Source: Podarcis muralis (Eukaryota). Taken from it: a stretch of DNA of 64,000 nucleotides. The stretch spans positions 18,414,001-18,478,000 of the forward strand of contig NC_135666.1 in assembly GCF_964188315.1 (NCBI RefSeq), written 5' to 3'. The translations under genes were made by a program, and so were the position numbers. The notes under the pieces were generated by a model that saw nothing but the letters and a program-made list of their open reading frames with translations, was not told where the DNA came from and ran no database searches. Shown here piece after piece: positions 24,369 through 37,639 of this stretch; within the stretch, counting starts at the first letter, position 1; each line of letters starts with the position of its first letter.

Positions 24369-26006
24369 GGAAGGGACTCTAGTCTGACTCCCATGCAGTG
24401 CCAGAATCCTCCCTAACGCTGTCTCTGTGGTTGAACCACCAACCTTCTCATTAACAGCCAGATGCATTAACCCATTGCTTTATCAGGGAACAAAGCAGGA
24501 CCTAGCCTATGAAAGTCTTATACCAGAATCAATAATTTGGGAGAAAGTCTAAATCTGGATGGGAACGGAATATAAGGATGATTTCAAGGCTCACCCAGTG
24601 CCCTACTGGGCTTGCATTATCTATTTTGCAGGAAGGTATGGGGGTTTGGTGGGGGAGTGAAATTGTTTTGGATCCAAACTGCTACACCTTTTTTTGGCAT
24701 TATTGACTAGGGAGTTTTGTTGTCTGTTGGATCAGTGCATTGAGGTTTCTGTTGTGCTCTGTGTTTGTGTTGGCAGAGGGCTTGGGGAGGAATCTGACAG
24801 CAGATTTCCCCTCCAGCATCTGAGAGGGTGGTCTAATATATCTGGGGTACCCTCCCAGAGACTGAAGGATTGCTTCCTTAGATATTCTTTTTTAAAATGC
24901 AAAGGGACTAATAGATTTTGTTGCATCAATCTAGCATGTTCACTGCTCTGGAACTGGAATGCAAGACACTTGTACATCCTATTGCTTTTCCATTCATTTA
25001 GCAATTTTGATTTGTAAACTGTATCTGCAACCAATTTCACAGTATCCTTTTGAGAGAGACACTGTTGCTCCCATTTTACTGAAGGGGATACAAGGCTAAC
25101 CCTGATACAGCCAATATCACAGAAAAAGTTGACGCTGGATATCCCAGATTGCATTGAACATAAACTACAAACACTAGGATTTTTTTAAAAAGGTGATTGG
25201 AATTTTCCAGTCACTCATTTGGCCATTCATCATTTTAAAAACCTTTAAAATTCAAGTTGGTGGGTACCTAATTGTAACACTTAACTCATGATCTCCAATT
25301 AAAGTTCCAGGTATAAGTGAAAGTAGTGTCTAAACCAAATTGGGAATGTAAATATCATTTAATATTTTTTTTGCTGCTGCTGCTAAAAAAGAATAATAAT
25401 GGAGCTGTAAATATTTTATTAATGCTGCAACACAGGTTAAAGGTGCACAGATTTTATCTTTCCATATATCAGCACAGTGGATATACAAAGTACAGGTGCT
25501 GTAGTGAAAAAGCTAGAAGGTGAAATAACGTAGTGGTCTCTGTAAAGACTAGGGAGGTAAGACAGTTCTGACAGAAACAGAAAGGGAATTGGAAATTTCC
25601 AAAGTTCACTTTATTTGTTCCAAGTTTGGAATGGAGAGCAGTCCAATGAATATGAGGTGTTTTTTTACTCTTATTATTGCTTTCAGTTTGCAAACAATAC
25701 GTAATTGATAGCACTCCTCTACTTAACATTGTGTTTTCTTTGCACTGAAATAAATGATGTGGAGTAACATAATTAAGTATGTAAAATTCCACCACAGGAG
25801 ACAGTGACATAAATAATATAGCTTTTGTCAGAAGCCAAACTGCCACAGTTTGGAAATAGCATCGCATGCAACAGACATGGGTTGGAACAGAAATTGGTGC
25901 ATTCTTACACCCCTAGCAGAGACCCCTTTACCCAAACTGTGGGTAAAGAGCTATAGATACCCTTTCCCTCCTTCCAGTGAGAATTCCACAGGTCTACTCT
26001 TGAATA

Positions 26007-26364
26007 GGGACGCGGGTGGCGCTGTGGGTAAAAGCCTCAGCGCCTAGGGCTTGCCGATTGAAAGGTCGGTGGTTCGAATCCCCGCGGCGGGGTGCGCTCC
26101 CGTTGTTCGGTCCCAGCGCCTGCCAACCTAGCAGTTCAAAAGCACTCCCGGGTGCAAGTAGATAAATAGGGACCGCTTACTAGCGGGAAGGTAAACGGCG
26201 TTTCCGTGTGCGGCTCTGGCTCGCCAGAGCAGCGATGTCACGCTGGCCACGTGACCCGGAAGTGTCTGCGGACAGCGCTGGCCCCCGGCCTCTTGAGTGA
26301 GATGGGCGCACAACCCTAGAGTCTGTCAAGACTGGCCCGTACGGGCAGGGGTACCTTTACCTTT
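26007..26364 (+). mobile_element. Young full-length Sauria SINE
   Basis: gggacgcgggtggcgctgtggg head and ACCTTT tail; 12-bp TSD TACTCTTGAATA at 25995-26006 and 26365-26376. Confidence 0.97.
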
Positions 26365-29300
26365 TACTCTTGAATAACATGACTTTCAGCTTATGATTAG
26401 GTATCATTGGCACCCAAGCATAGGTATCCCCTTCCTCAACTTTACTTATTGTCAGTACTTTGTACAGTTGAATGCTTTCTAGGGTGACACACCCTATCGC
26501 CAAGTGGGAGTCGCTCACACCAAGTTCCCTCCTGCTTGGAAACAAAGGTTTAATTGGGCATTTGCACACAGAGAGTATCGTCTGAGTCACTTAGACTGTA
26601 TGCGTGTTGAGTGATTTATTAAAAAGTCATTTCTGGGGATTTTTTTTAGCCTCAGTTACTGCATTGTGCGTTTTGGTCTCTGGACAGGGTTTCTTTTGCA
26701 GGGTGACTCACTTTCTCATGTTTAACTTCCTAGTGTATGCTGGATTTAAAAAGAAAATAAAACAACATCTTTAAAAGAATTCAGAATGTTAACTGTTTGC
26801 ACTAGAGAAAGGACTGTGGAATGTGATTTTCTGTCACTTACCTTTGTTTTTGCACTTCTAGCAAAGTACAGGTGATTATTTTTTTCAGCACTTGAATGCT
26901 AATATCAGTAAATATATTTACACAGTACTAACAGTATCACACAAACATTTAATAATTGCCAAAGGAGTAGCTGAGGCAAACTAAGACCACCCACTCAGTT
27001 CATGACACATGCAGTACTGTATTTGAACTTCCTGGTTTATAGCTGAGTCTAGTTATACTACACAAACGCTCAAATTAGAAAGCATAACTCAGAAACACAT
27101 TAGTAAGAAGAGTTGGGCTTTTTGCTGCTTTAACGCTTACTGAAAGGGAGCAATAGAGGAGAACTGGAGACTGAGCCGGTTCAGTTCATCCATCATGACT
27201 CTGCTCTACTGCACTCATGCAAGTGACTTCCTTCCAGGGCGAGTGACTGACTCCCATGAGCAGTGCAACATTAGAAGAGATTGCTCATGGAAGATGCAAG
27301 AGGAATGCTTGTCAGCAAAGGAGTTCTGTGTCCCTAATGTCATCGGTTCATCAAAGGCGCCATTTTGCCTGCTAATGCATATTGTTCTCTGAGGTTGCGT
27401 GGGAAGTAGGCTTCTCACATGATGCACATTGAAGCTGATTCTTAGCATAGGACCATATCCCAGACTCTACTGAATGGCCCCAGATATTCTGCTTTGCACC
27501 CAGATGTCAGCTCAGTGTGATAAGACCTTGGGCATGATCATTTATGACACTGAGCAGACAGGACAGAAAACCTCAGGGGTGGAGGCCAAATGTGGACCTC
27601 GAGTGCTAGGCCATGTCCATATCAGCCTTGCGTCCTTTCCCTTGGCTGGAATGTGTCACTGAGCTGTGATAATACCTCTTATTGGTGCATGGAGAGTGGT
27701 GTGTGGAGGATGTGTATAGAAATACGTTTGCATTGCTGGAATGCATCCTATTATATAAAAAGGCAAGAGTCACATCCATTGCTCCACCCACTTTCGCCTC
27801 TGATCATACTCATTATTGTCATGTGGCCATGGATGGTTGCGTATGCAGGAATGCAGACCTCAGCAGAAAAAGATTCCTGACCACCCTCTTTTTTTGCTGG
27901 CTCCACTTCAGGTTCTGATTCAAGTCTCCAGTCCCAGCAATGACTGGCAGGGTTGCAAAATCACCAGACTGATTCTGGCTCTACTCTTAATCCAAACCCA
28001 TAATCCAACCCCTACCAGGACCTGACCTTGACTTTGATAGCCTTCCTTGGGAAGGCTGTAATAGTAAGAATCTTGTCCGAGGAGTTTAAGATTTTCATTG
28101 CACCCTTTCAGATCACATTTCCTGGCCACAAACTACATATGCAAGATATCTAATGAGTAGTTAAAAATAAAGACAGAGATCTACAACCCTTAGCATGAAC
28201 CTTTCCATTAACATAACAGCCTAATGTCCTCAGGTCAATTTAAATCAATGAAACAACTTGCATGTCTAAAGTCTATTTGCTAAAAGGGTCTGCAAGATAG
28301 CCACAAAGGAAGCTCATAATACAGACCTAGTCACATTGGGAAATGATGGATCAAATAACATTAAGATCTGGAAGAATGCTTCAATAATAAAGCTGTTTAG
28401 CATTTTTTTACCATGGAGATTATTAAAGTTGTTTGCTGGGTATACACCATATGATTAAAGATATTACTCCTCCAAAAGAATCATGGGAAATGTGGTTTAC
28501 CCATTCAATTTCCAGCACCCTTAACAAACTATAGCTTCCCAGATTCTTTGGGGAAAACAGGCTTTAAACGTGTGTGTGTGTGTTTGTGTGCAGCTTAGGG
28601 CTTCCAGGCTCCTTTGCATATGAGAGGAAGGCTTTTTCTATTTTGTCCTCAAACCACAGTCCCAATCTACTGTAGAATCCTGTTCTGAGGGCAAAATATA
28701 GCTGTCATCAAAACCCAGTTTGCTAAATTCAGATGAAATGACAAACTTTAGTTTGCCCCTAAGTGGAAGCAGAATTTTCCCCACATGCACTAAGGAAAGG
28801 CAGAAGGAGGCCAGCATGGAGCATCTGAGCCTGAGGGCATCTGCTTCTCCTTCTCATACCAAGAAACCATGGTTTGCCACTATGAGTTGACTATTAAAGA
28901 GTATTTATTTATTTTTTAAAAAAGAAGGATCACAAGCTAAAAAGAAACGTTTTCTGGAGAGGTGAAGATGGTATACTGGAACCAGAGTGAATAATGCCAG
29001 ATCATGTTTTCACAGTGAGCTGTAGTCTTGGGAAAAAAATACATAAAGTTCTGCAAGATTAGAGAATGATTTTAATGAAGCTGTTTGAAGTTGTTGTGTA
29101 AATACTCATTTTGGATTCAAGTGATTCAACCTGGGCTTGAAGTTGATTCCAAGAAGGCAATTATAATCTAAGACAGTTAGGCCCATATAAAGAAGTTCAT
29201 ATTCTGATTACCATTACTAAATTAAGATGGGGGGCAAATGCAGTGGTTTCAGAATGAGTTGCAGATTGTCATTAGATGGCCGCTCTAGGCCAAGTAATTG

Positions 29301-29807
29301 CTCTTGTTTTGTCATTTGCAGACTATCTCCTCAGGGATGACAGTGGTATACAACATCGTCTGATAAGGCTTGGGAGATGAGCCCTTTAGGGATTTATTTT
29401 AAAAATGCACAGTGCGCTCCCTCTCTCACACACACACTCTGTATTTTTGTAAACTGGGATGACCATATGAATATATACTGTACTTTCATCTTTAGGAATA
29501 TATTATGAAGCATATAGGGGACAGGGTTCTTGGCATACATGTTGGGATGAAAATACTTTTTAATGCAGCAATTTTCAAATCACAAACTACATGTCTCCTT
29601 ATGCAGAATTAATCTATGCATATCTTTAAAGGATTTCTTGGAGGCTATTTCCTGCTACCTGAAGGTCAGATTGAAAGGCCCTTCTTCAGGTCCTACTATT
29701 TTCAGAAGGTTGTGACCAGAGTTAGTCTTGAAACTGTGTCTCCAGATCATTTTACCTGGGTGTTGTCTTTTCAGTGCCAGGTCACATGAACACTTTTTCA
29801 TTCTCTA

Positions 29808-29992
29808 AAGCTGCACACACACTACACACTACACATTTGGAGCACATTCTTCCCCTCAAAGATTTATGGGCACTGTAGTTTAATCTTTATAGATTTACAA
29901 TTCCCAGCAACCCTTAAATTGCAATATGCAGAATTCTTTGAGGGGGAAATCGTGCTTCAAATGTGCTTTGAAGGTATAGTGTGTACACAGCC
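29808..29992. mobile_element. Palindromic MITE, PIF/Harbinger-like
   Basis: agctgcacacac ... gtgtacacagcc termini and internal symmetry; related to 54490-54626 and 57535-57604. The superfamily assignment is inference. Confidence 0.55.
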
Positions 29993-30666
29993 ATTGTTTG
30001 CTCTAGGAAAGATAATCAAGAGTTTTGTGGTACCTTTAATACCATCACACTTATTATGGTTCAAGCTTTTGTGGTTTGCTTTGTGAGATGAATGAAGTGT
30101 TAATCCCGAGTTTCAGGCATACATGTCTTGTGGAGAGAGTGGAATCCAAAGGAGGTTCAGCTGGATAGTTTGCTAGTGGTCTTCATGAAAACAGTGAAAA
30201 CCTTTTTTCTTGAGGCTTTTATAATGTGACGGATGGCTGATTGTACTTCATTGATGCTGTCAGCCGACTTGTGGCTGCTGATCTGATTTTTTTTTTTTTT
30301 ACTGCTTGATTGTTTCTCATGTTTTATTAGGTGTTGAGTGGGTCACTCACTGTTAGCTGGTTAGTGGCAAATCTTAATAGAAATGGAAAAAACCCAAAGC
30401 AAGTACGCAAACTTGTCATGGGAATCAGCCTCCACATTGCATTGGGAAAAGAGAGTTCCTTGTATCTCCCAGCTGTGGTAATAGTCTTTGAACAGATCTA
30501 TTCTCATTCCTTATGAGTGTGAGGAGACAGAACATTTCTGCCTTGTGATGTGCAGGGGAGGGCAATCCTGTTCAGCCACAGGAAAACCTTTCAGGAACCA
30601 CATGCCGGAGGGTGATGGCAAACATGAGTAAAGCAACCAATGCAACTCTCTCCTTTTGTACAAGTA

Positions 30667-30925
30667 CCATATTTTTCACTCTATAAGATGCACCAGACCC
30701 CAAGACGCACCTAGTTTTTGGAGGAGGAAAACAAGAAAAAAAATATTCTGAATCTCAGAAGCCAAAACAGCAAGAGGGATCACTACGCAGTGAAAGCAGC
30801 GATCCCTCTTGCTGTTCTGGCTTCTGGGATAGCTGTGTAGCCTGCATTCACTCCATAAGACACACACACATTTCCCCTTACTTTTTAGGAGGGAAAAAGT
30901 GAGTCTTATAGAGCAAAAAATACGG
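30667..30925. mobile_element. pogo/Tc1-mariner-type MITE
   Basis: TIRs CCATATTTTTCACTCTATAAGA / TCTTATAGAGCAAAAAATACGG flanked by TA on both sides. Confidence 0.88.
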
Positions 30926-31060
30926 TAGCTACCTTCTAGCCACACAAAAGAAGTTCATAGGCTATGCTTATTCCACACATTTAAAGTGCATGACTTCCCC
31001 CAAAGAATCCTGGTGTTAGAAACTGGAATAGTTAGAAACCGGAATAGGAATGCTCGTTAC

Positions 31061-31406
31061 CTTTTGTGACTGGGTAGAGATGTCCATGCGCAATCCTTGG
31101 TGCCTGGCCTCTCCACTTGCCTGGCTGCAGTCAGCTGGTCTGCCTGCCTCTTTTGCTGCCATGCTATCCTCACCAAGCACCTGATACGCCCAGCAGCACG
31201 GCAGCAAAAGAGGTGTCTCTTTTTATCTTTTCTTTTTTGCTGCCATGCTGCCGGGTGAATCAGGTGTTTGGCGGGGATAGAGCAGTAGCAAAAGATGCAC
31301 ATCTTTTGCTGCTGTTGTGCCTGGCAGACCAGCTGACTGTAGCCAGGCAGGTGGAGATGCTAGGGGCCAAGGGTGGTGCCTGGACATCTCCATCCAGTTG
31401 CAAAAG
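31061..31406. repeat. Long imperfect inverted repeat (foldback)
   Basis: 31061-31144 matches the reverse complement of 31406-31323 at about 70/84 positions. A second inner block (~31148-31212 vs ~31297-31234) also pairs. Confidence 0.9.
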
Positions 31407-32811
31407 GCCGGGGTGTTAATTGAAAATATAAAATGTAATTTGAATTTTTGATCATGCTAAAATTTGTTGTAAAATCTCAATAAAAATAAATGTATGGTGT
31501 CTATGCAGCTACACGCAACTTTTCCATGCAGGCAAGCAGGAGGCATCATCACAGTTCAAGAACACAATCTAGACAGGCAAAAGGACTGAAGAGGGGTGTG
31601 GAGCAGCATTGGTGTGTGGTGTGGCCTGGGGAGGGTCTCAGAGTCTGACCTGAAGGGCTGCACTATGATCCACCCTCTGCACTAGTAGGCCCACTTTAAT
31701 ATTGAAGTGTCACCTGGGGTGCTGTAAAAGCCTCTGTGATACTAGAACTAGACACAGTTCTAATTCTGATATAATACCTGTGATAAATTTAACATGTCAA
31801 ATGCTCCATCCCCCTTTTTATTTATGCAGGCAAGAGCCGTATTGGCAAAATTTGGAGTTGCTATACTTGACTGTCTCCAGTACCAGTATTACTGCAAAAT
31901 ATTTTTGTGCCTTGTTTCCCCCCGGTTGCATTAATAAGTCTTGTGAGAGCTCAGACACGTTCATCTACAGGGACATAAAATCTGAGCTTATGAGGATTGT
32001 GTTACACTGTCGGACTAAGTGGAGTTGGCAGCATCTTAGCTTTTTTTGCAGCATGCGGGCACTGAGAGGTTGCCCATGAGGCAAATCTTCACTGTGTCAC
32101 AGGTTCATTTTGTAACATGATAGCACACTGAGTGTTACAACATGGTTGGTCTTGCTGAGAGGGAATTTGGCGCATTAGCACAATGGGATTGGGACTGGCA
32201 TTCCCTGCTCTTCCTTACCCTACCCTGCTCTGACTTCATGCTGCACCATTGGGTGGGTTGCCTCACTGTTCTCCCTCCCTTCTTTCCCCATCATAGAACT
32301 GGGACAGTGGTGTTAGTTGTGAAAATCCATATCTTTACATCCTGTTTCTCCAAGCAGGAAAGGCTCAAATGATGTTGTGACATGGAATGCATTTGTAGAA
32401 CATGTACAGACAACACCCATTCAGGGTGGGTTTGGGTTTGGGAAGAGCTATGAGTCAGAGTGGTCAAAATGAATATGTATTGAAGACTCCCACACTAGGT
32501 CTTTCTCTCACACATGGCTGCCTTCTTCCCATGTATCTGTGGTGACTTCAGTGAATGACATAATGATGAGGCGCAAGCCTTAGTTCGCTAGACCTCCCTA
32601 TAACCTTTCCCTCTGTATCAGTGTTTCCAGTTTCCTGTGTTCCTGCCAGTTTCCAAACAGCCAAGCTCAAAAGAGTCACTTCAGGCAGTATTTTTACTTT
32701 TTAGGCAACAAAAGATAACTTTGTTACATTTTAAGGGTATGTAGCCTTTTGCCTGGCTAAGAATGATGGATGTTACATGCACTGTTGGGCATAGCCCAAA
32801 TAATGATATTA

Positions 32812-33058
32812 CAGTGGTACCTTGTTTCTTGAACTTAATCTTTTCTGGGAGTCCGTTCGACTCCCAAAACCATTTGAAAACCAAGGCACGGCTTCCGATT
32901 GGCTGCAGGAGCTTCCTGCACTCAATCAGAAGCTGCGGAAGCCGCGTCGGACATTTGGCTTCCAAAAAACCTTCACAAACCTGAATATTTCTGGGTTTGT
33001 GGCATTCAGAAGCCGATTTGTTCAAAAACTAAGCCGTTCCGGAACCAAGGTACCACTG
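32812..33058. mobile_element. Tigger/pogo-type MITE
   Basis: TIRs CAGTGGTACCTTG / CAAGGTACCACTG with TA TSD. Confidence 0.92.
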
Positions 33059-33114
33059 TATAGATAATCAGGGGTCCTGATTTAACCCACAAAACCATTC
33101 TGCTGCCCCAGCTG

Positions 33115-33488
33115 GGGCTGGACAATGTATTGACACATTGTCCAAAATCGGTATGAAGTCCACATTGCGGGAGCAGTTTCATAATATGCAACGTGGCAAT
33201 ATATCACGAATCACAATGTGTGTGCGCTATGTAAAAAATTGCAGTATGGGAAAAACCATGAAGCTGGTCATAACTTCTCTCATGATTGTTGCTTTAGACT
33301 ATATAATAACAGTTGTAACAATATGTTAAAGGCAAAAAAATAAAAAATAAAAAAAATCAGTTTAAGTAGCAGCAGTGGCCAGGGTGTTACCCTATTTGCA
33401 TCTACATCGTTCCATTCTTATCTCAGACATTGTGATATATAGCTGGTGATACATCACGATGTTGTACACTAGACATTGCTCAGCCCTA
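33115..33488. mobile_element. Old non-autonomous DNA transposon (TAGGGCTG-type termini, probably hAT)
   Basis: tggggctggacaat ... attgctcagcccta imperfect TIRs. Confidence 0.5.
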
Positions 33489-34505
33489 CCCCCAGCCATG
33501 CCTGCCTGCCCCATCCTTGATATGGTAAATGGCATCAGGGGATCAGGGGTGAGGCAGGTAAAGGTGTGGCTGCCTCATCTTTGAAGTCCATTTGCAGGCA
33601 GTTTGTAGTGAAACCTCTTGCAAACAAACTTAATATCCCCTCCCCCTTCTGTCAAACTGGGTTCCTGTGGGGTGGGAGAAGGAAGGATCCAGTGCCCCAC
33701 TCATGGATTAAGGCATCAGTTTGATCTTTTGAACAATGCTTTGGCATGATATGAGCAGCCATGGTGAGTATAATAATTTAGTAGGATTTTTTTTTTAAAA
33801 AAATGCATTTTCACTTTCCACGGTATCCATTTGCTTTTTATAATTTGTTTAATGATTGAAGATTGTTGCAAGTTTTTACTTTGAGTAATATCATGGTGTA
33901 GGACAGTAGCTTTCTTTTTTAAGAAAAGAAAAACCAACAGCCAACACATGTATCCACATGTAGATTTGCTGTGCAAAATGCTGAGGTCTGGATTAGCTGG
34001 TCCTGTTTAACAGCAGTGTTATTCTTAGTAGCTGGGATAGGCTGCATTGGATTTTGGGAGTGGGGAATAACTATTGGGTTTTTACATATACTGTAGTTAG
34101 CCATACTGCTTAATATGCTGTCTCTGGGTTCATGTGGTAATGGTAAGCCAGAGTTCAACAAGCTATGTCTTACCAGGAATGAGTGAGCATGCTGCTGCTA
34201 CACACTGCTCAAATCCTTCCCTCCTGTGCCCTTTGCGATGCCAGGAGGAAACAAACCAGAGTGCTGGCTTAGTCTTGTGTACAATCCAGTCTTCGAGGTT
34301 TGTATCTCTCCAAACAAACCATAAGAACATGCCAAGAACAAATAACCGTCTATTCTTGGCTTGATCTCATTGTTTATTTGAGAGAAACAAACCTTGAGTG
34401 CTGGTTTGCATGTAAGCCAGTTGTTGTTTCCTCCTAATGTGGCAGAGGGTAGTGGATGCAGTTGAAGCATTGTGCACCCAGTATGCTTGCACATTCCTAA
34501 TAAGC

Positions 34506-34667
34506 CAGGCATGTCCAAAGTCTGTTTCGGGGACCCATCGGTTGATTTAATCCGGCCCTTGAGGCAGTACATGTCCTGGGGTAAAATCCTAAAAAGCTCA
34601 ACAACTTTGGTCAGCATGTTCACTTCATCAAATCTGGCCCTCTTTGGAAAAGGTTTGGGCACCCCTG
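34506..34667. mobile_element. hAT MITE
   Basis: CAGGCATGTCCAAA ... TTTGGGCACCCCTG termini; homologous to 48464-48672. Confidence 0.8.
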
Positions 34668-35332
34668 TGTTTGGCTTACAGTTGAATGCAAACCAGTAAT
34701 GTGTTAGTAAATAAAAAGAGCACCAGAGGGTAATGAGGGATGAGGCAGCCGTAGTTAGCAACCAGTTCTTAGCTGTACAGAGGGGTGTCAACCTGGGACA
34801 CAGGCATGCTGCAGGAAAAAGCCAGAAAACTGATAGAAAAGAAGTCGCAGCAATTTGCAAATTCCTGAAGTAAACATTTTGCAATACTAATTAAAAAGGA
34901 AACAGAATAACATTTGCAGTCCTTTTCAAGAATAGAAAGGCCCTAAACTGTGTATGTATCTCCCCCCCTCCCGCCCCTTTGTAGAAATAAATCATGGATC
35001 AGTGTTGCAATTGATGGTTTAACTTAATATGTAACAAGAAACAAGAGCCTTTTTGTTAGTTTGTTTTGTTCTCTTGTTTTTAAAACTCTTACTAACTGTA
35101 AATATAGTTCTGGAACAAATGATCCTGCACTGTTAAGAACCTTTTCAGACTAATCTTGATCAAATAACCCATTGCAGAGCACTCTGCGCTCTTTATTGCT
35201 GAGAGAAAATGTTAAATGCTGTATGCAAGAATCTTGCTACTTTGTTCATCATGTAGGGTGTGCATACTTTTAAGTTTGTTTCTTGCATCTAATGGAAGAG
35301 ACTGAAACCATAAGCCAACCACTGTCGATAAT

Positions 35333-35690
35333 GCAGTGGTGGGGAAATCTTACGCCCAGGGAGCAAATCTGCCCCCAAGGTCCCTTTATCTTTTTCTTGC
35401 CCTCAGAACTCACCCCAGGCTGCACCCTTCACTGGCCTTTCTTCACCCCCAAGTGTTTTTGTCTAACTGGAATGTGCCCTTCTGATGCCTCTTGCCTATC
35501 TGGATGGAAGGTTGAGGGGGCTATGTGAGTGTCTGTAGAAATTAGCATCTGTGCCAATGCAAAACTTACATTCATTCTTTTGCCACTTTTTCCTGTGGCC
35601 CTGCCCACCACTGACATGTGGTCTTTGGAAGGGAACACCGCGCAGAAGAGAATGTGGCCCTCTTGACAGATCAGGGTTAGGGAATCTTTA
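35333..35690. mobile_element. Old hAT-type non-autonomous element
   Basis: cagtggtggggaa start; interior homologous to ~53190-53525. Confidence 0.55.
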
Positions 35691-36321
35691 TCAAAGAGTT
35701 GTCACAGTACTAGTTTATGGTATTATCAAGGTACTGGTGGGACATCATAGTCTTCAGAAAAAAATTACAATATGACATCAAAACATGTGAATTCTAAGTT
35801 TGAATACAGGAATGAGCTAATGTACAGAATTACACTAACAGGTCAAGCTTCATGAGGGCAGGAGGAATATTATGAAGGGAGTGTGGAGTACTCTGAGTCA
35901 GGATGATGAGCTTGAGCCAATCAAGTTTCAAATAAAAGAAAAATCCACACCGTTGCCTGCAATTTACTGGAGAGTCCTTTAGCTACTGTAGGGTGATTTG
36001 GAATGGACTTAATTTTAATTATTCTACTGCTGCTTTGATTTTGTTTGATTGTGGAGAGAGTGAATGAAGTCTGTTATCCCACTCCTTTACTAAAATTTGA
36101 TGAAATTGATTTGCCAGTACATTCATGACAGCAAGCAGAGAGTATCTCTTCTTCATGTAACATGCAATTAATGTACAGAATTCGTCACTAACCACAAAAG
36201 GCAGGGATGGCTATTAACTTAAGCTTTTGGTGGATTTTAAAAAGAGTTGAATGCAGGGATTAGCCATGATACTTAAATGGTACCTCCATGTTTGCAGGTA
36301 GTATATATCTGACTCTCCTGG

Positions 36322-36482
36322 AGACAGGACTATAGGAAGCTGCTTTATATTGAGTCAGACAATCAGTTGCTCTCCTGGGTTTCAGACAGGGGGTCCTTCC
36401 CAGCTTTGGCTGGAGTTGCCAGGAATTCAACCTGGGGTCTTCTGCATGCAAGTGGATGCTGTACCACTGAACTATGGCCCTT
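36322..36482 (-). mobile_element. tRNA-Ala-headed SINE with internal deletion
   Basis: ataggaagctgctttatattgagtcagac tail and a reverse-complement tRNA-like head (ttcaacctggggtcttctgcatgcaag...accactgaactatggccc). Confidence 0.75.
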
Positions 36483-37639
36483 TCCAGATATATAATGTGG
36501 AAGGGCTGTTGCCTTCATACTCCGGTTTTTTGTCCATGGAGGCATCTGGCTTGATGCTTTTAGAAGCAGGATGCTGGACTTCAGAGATCCCTTGTCTGGA
36601 CCACAGGAGTCTATTCTTACTGTGCCTTTATAAAAAATGTTAATGATCTTTCATTTGATTGCATTGTACTTCTGGGGTTTGTATTTTAGTGTGTAAGTTG
36701 ATTTGTACATAAACCTTAAAACTCCCAAACCAAATATATTTGAAATCCAATTTCTTGCCTAAAGATAACAAAAACAACTTCATCACAAATCACTTGTTTT
36801 GTAGCTTTATGTAAGTATCTTTCCATAGAAAATGTGCATGATATTAGTCCTATAGATGCTGAGAAAACAAAGTATGTTCTTTAATGCAATGGTGGCCATT
36901 TTGATGATGTCATCTCAGCTGTCTGCTACACATAAGAGAGAGGGGCCTTAGGTACCCTTCAACTTTGGAGGACTGTGAATCAAACAAACCCATCTGTATT
37001 TAATTATCTCTAACTTTACCATGCAATAGTCAACATTATGTTCCCTGACTGTATATTTTTAAACAGAGAAGTTATAAATATATGTATGGTTTAGGGAGGA
37101 GTAAAAGAAGTTGAACATAGTGTGTTGTCTTGCTCTGGGTCTACATTCTCCTTGAAAGTTGTATAATGATGTTACTTTGCCTGTAAGGATTTCTGGCGCT
37201 AAAAGACCAGCTGCTCAGGCTCCACTATGATGTCCCAGAGTTCTGACCTGGTTCTGCTTATAGATAACCTCAGCTTCAAAAAAAGCTAAAGTCTTAATAC
37301 CAAAGTGGAATGCACTGGGTTCATGTTACAAAAGTCCTATAAAAATAATATTGAGTGTCCATTTTAATATCTAGCAGGATCAGAAAGCCCTGTACAATGC
37401 TTTCCTGAAAAAGCTTCAGTATTCCAAATCAGTGCTGGAATATGCAGCAGCTCCATGTTGGGAATTTAAAGGTGATATGAACGTCATTTTGTAGAAAGAA
37501 AGAAACTGTGTGGTTCTTCCTTCCCAGTTTGGTTATGGTGTAACACTTTAAACATTCAGTGTGTGGAATAAATGTAAATGCCCCCCTGTTTTGTTGGGGA
37601 AGCTATAGTTTTCTCTCTGTGGTTTGTTTTCCTCTATGG

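Larger units (their letters stand above)
23666..24478 (-). mobile_element. tRNA-Asn(GTT)-headed SINE with CR1-type tail, split by two later insertions
   Basis: Minus strand 24478-24386 reads gcaatgggttaatgcatctggctgttaatgagaaggttggtggttcaa (tRNA-Asn-like). The tail pieces cccttccaactttacaattctatga lie at 24076-24045 and ~23683-23666. Confidence 0.75.

Noticed and set aside
34198-34884. Longest ORF (228 aa, minus strand)
   Set aside because: It runs through a hAT MITE, has no recognisable domain and has random-looking composition.
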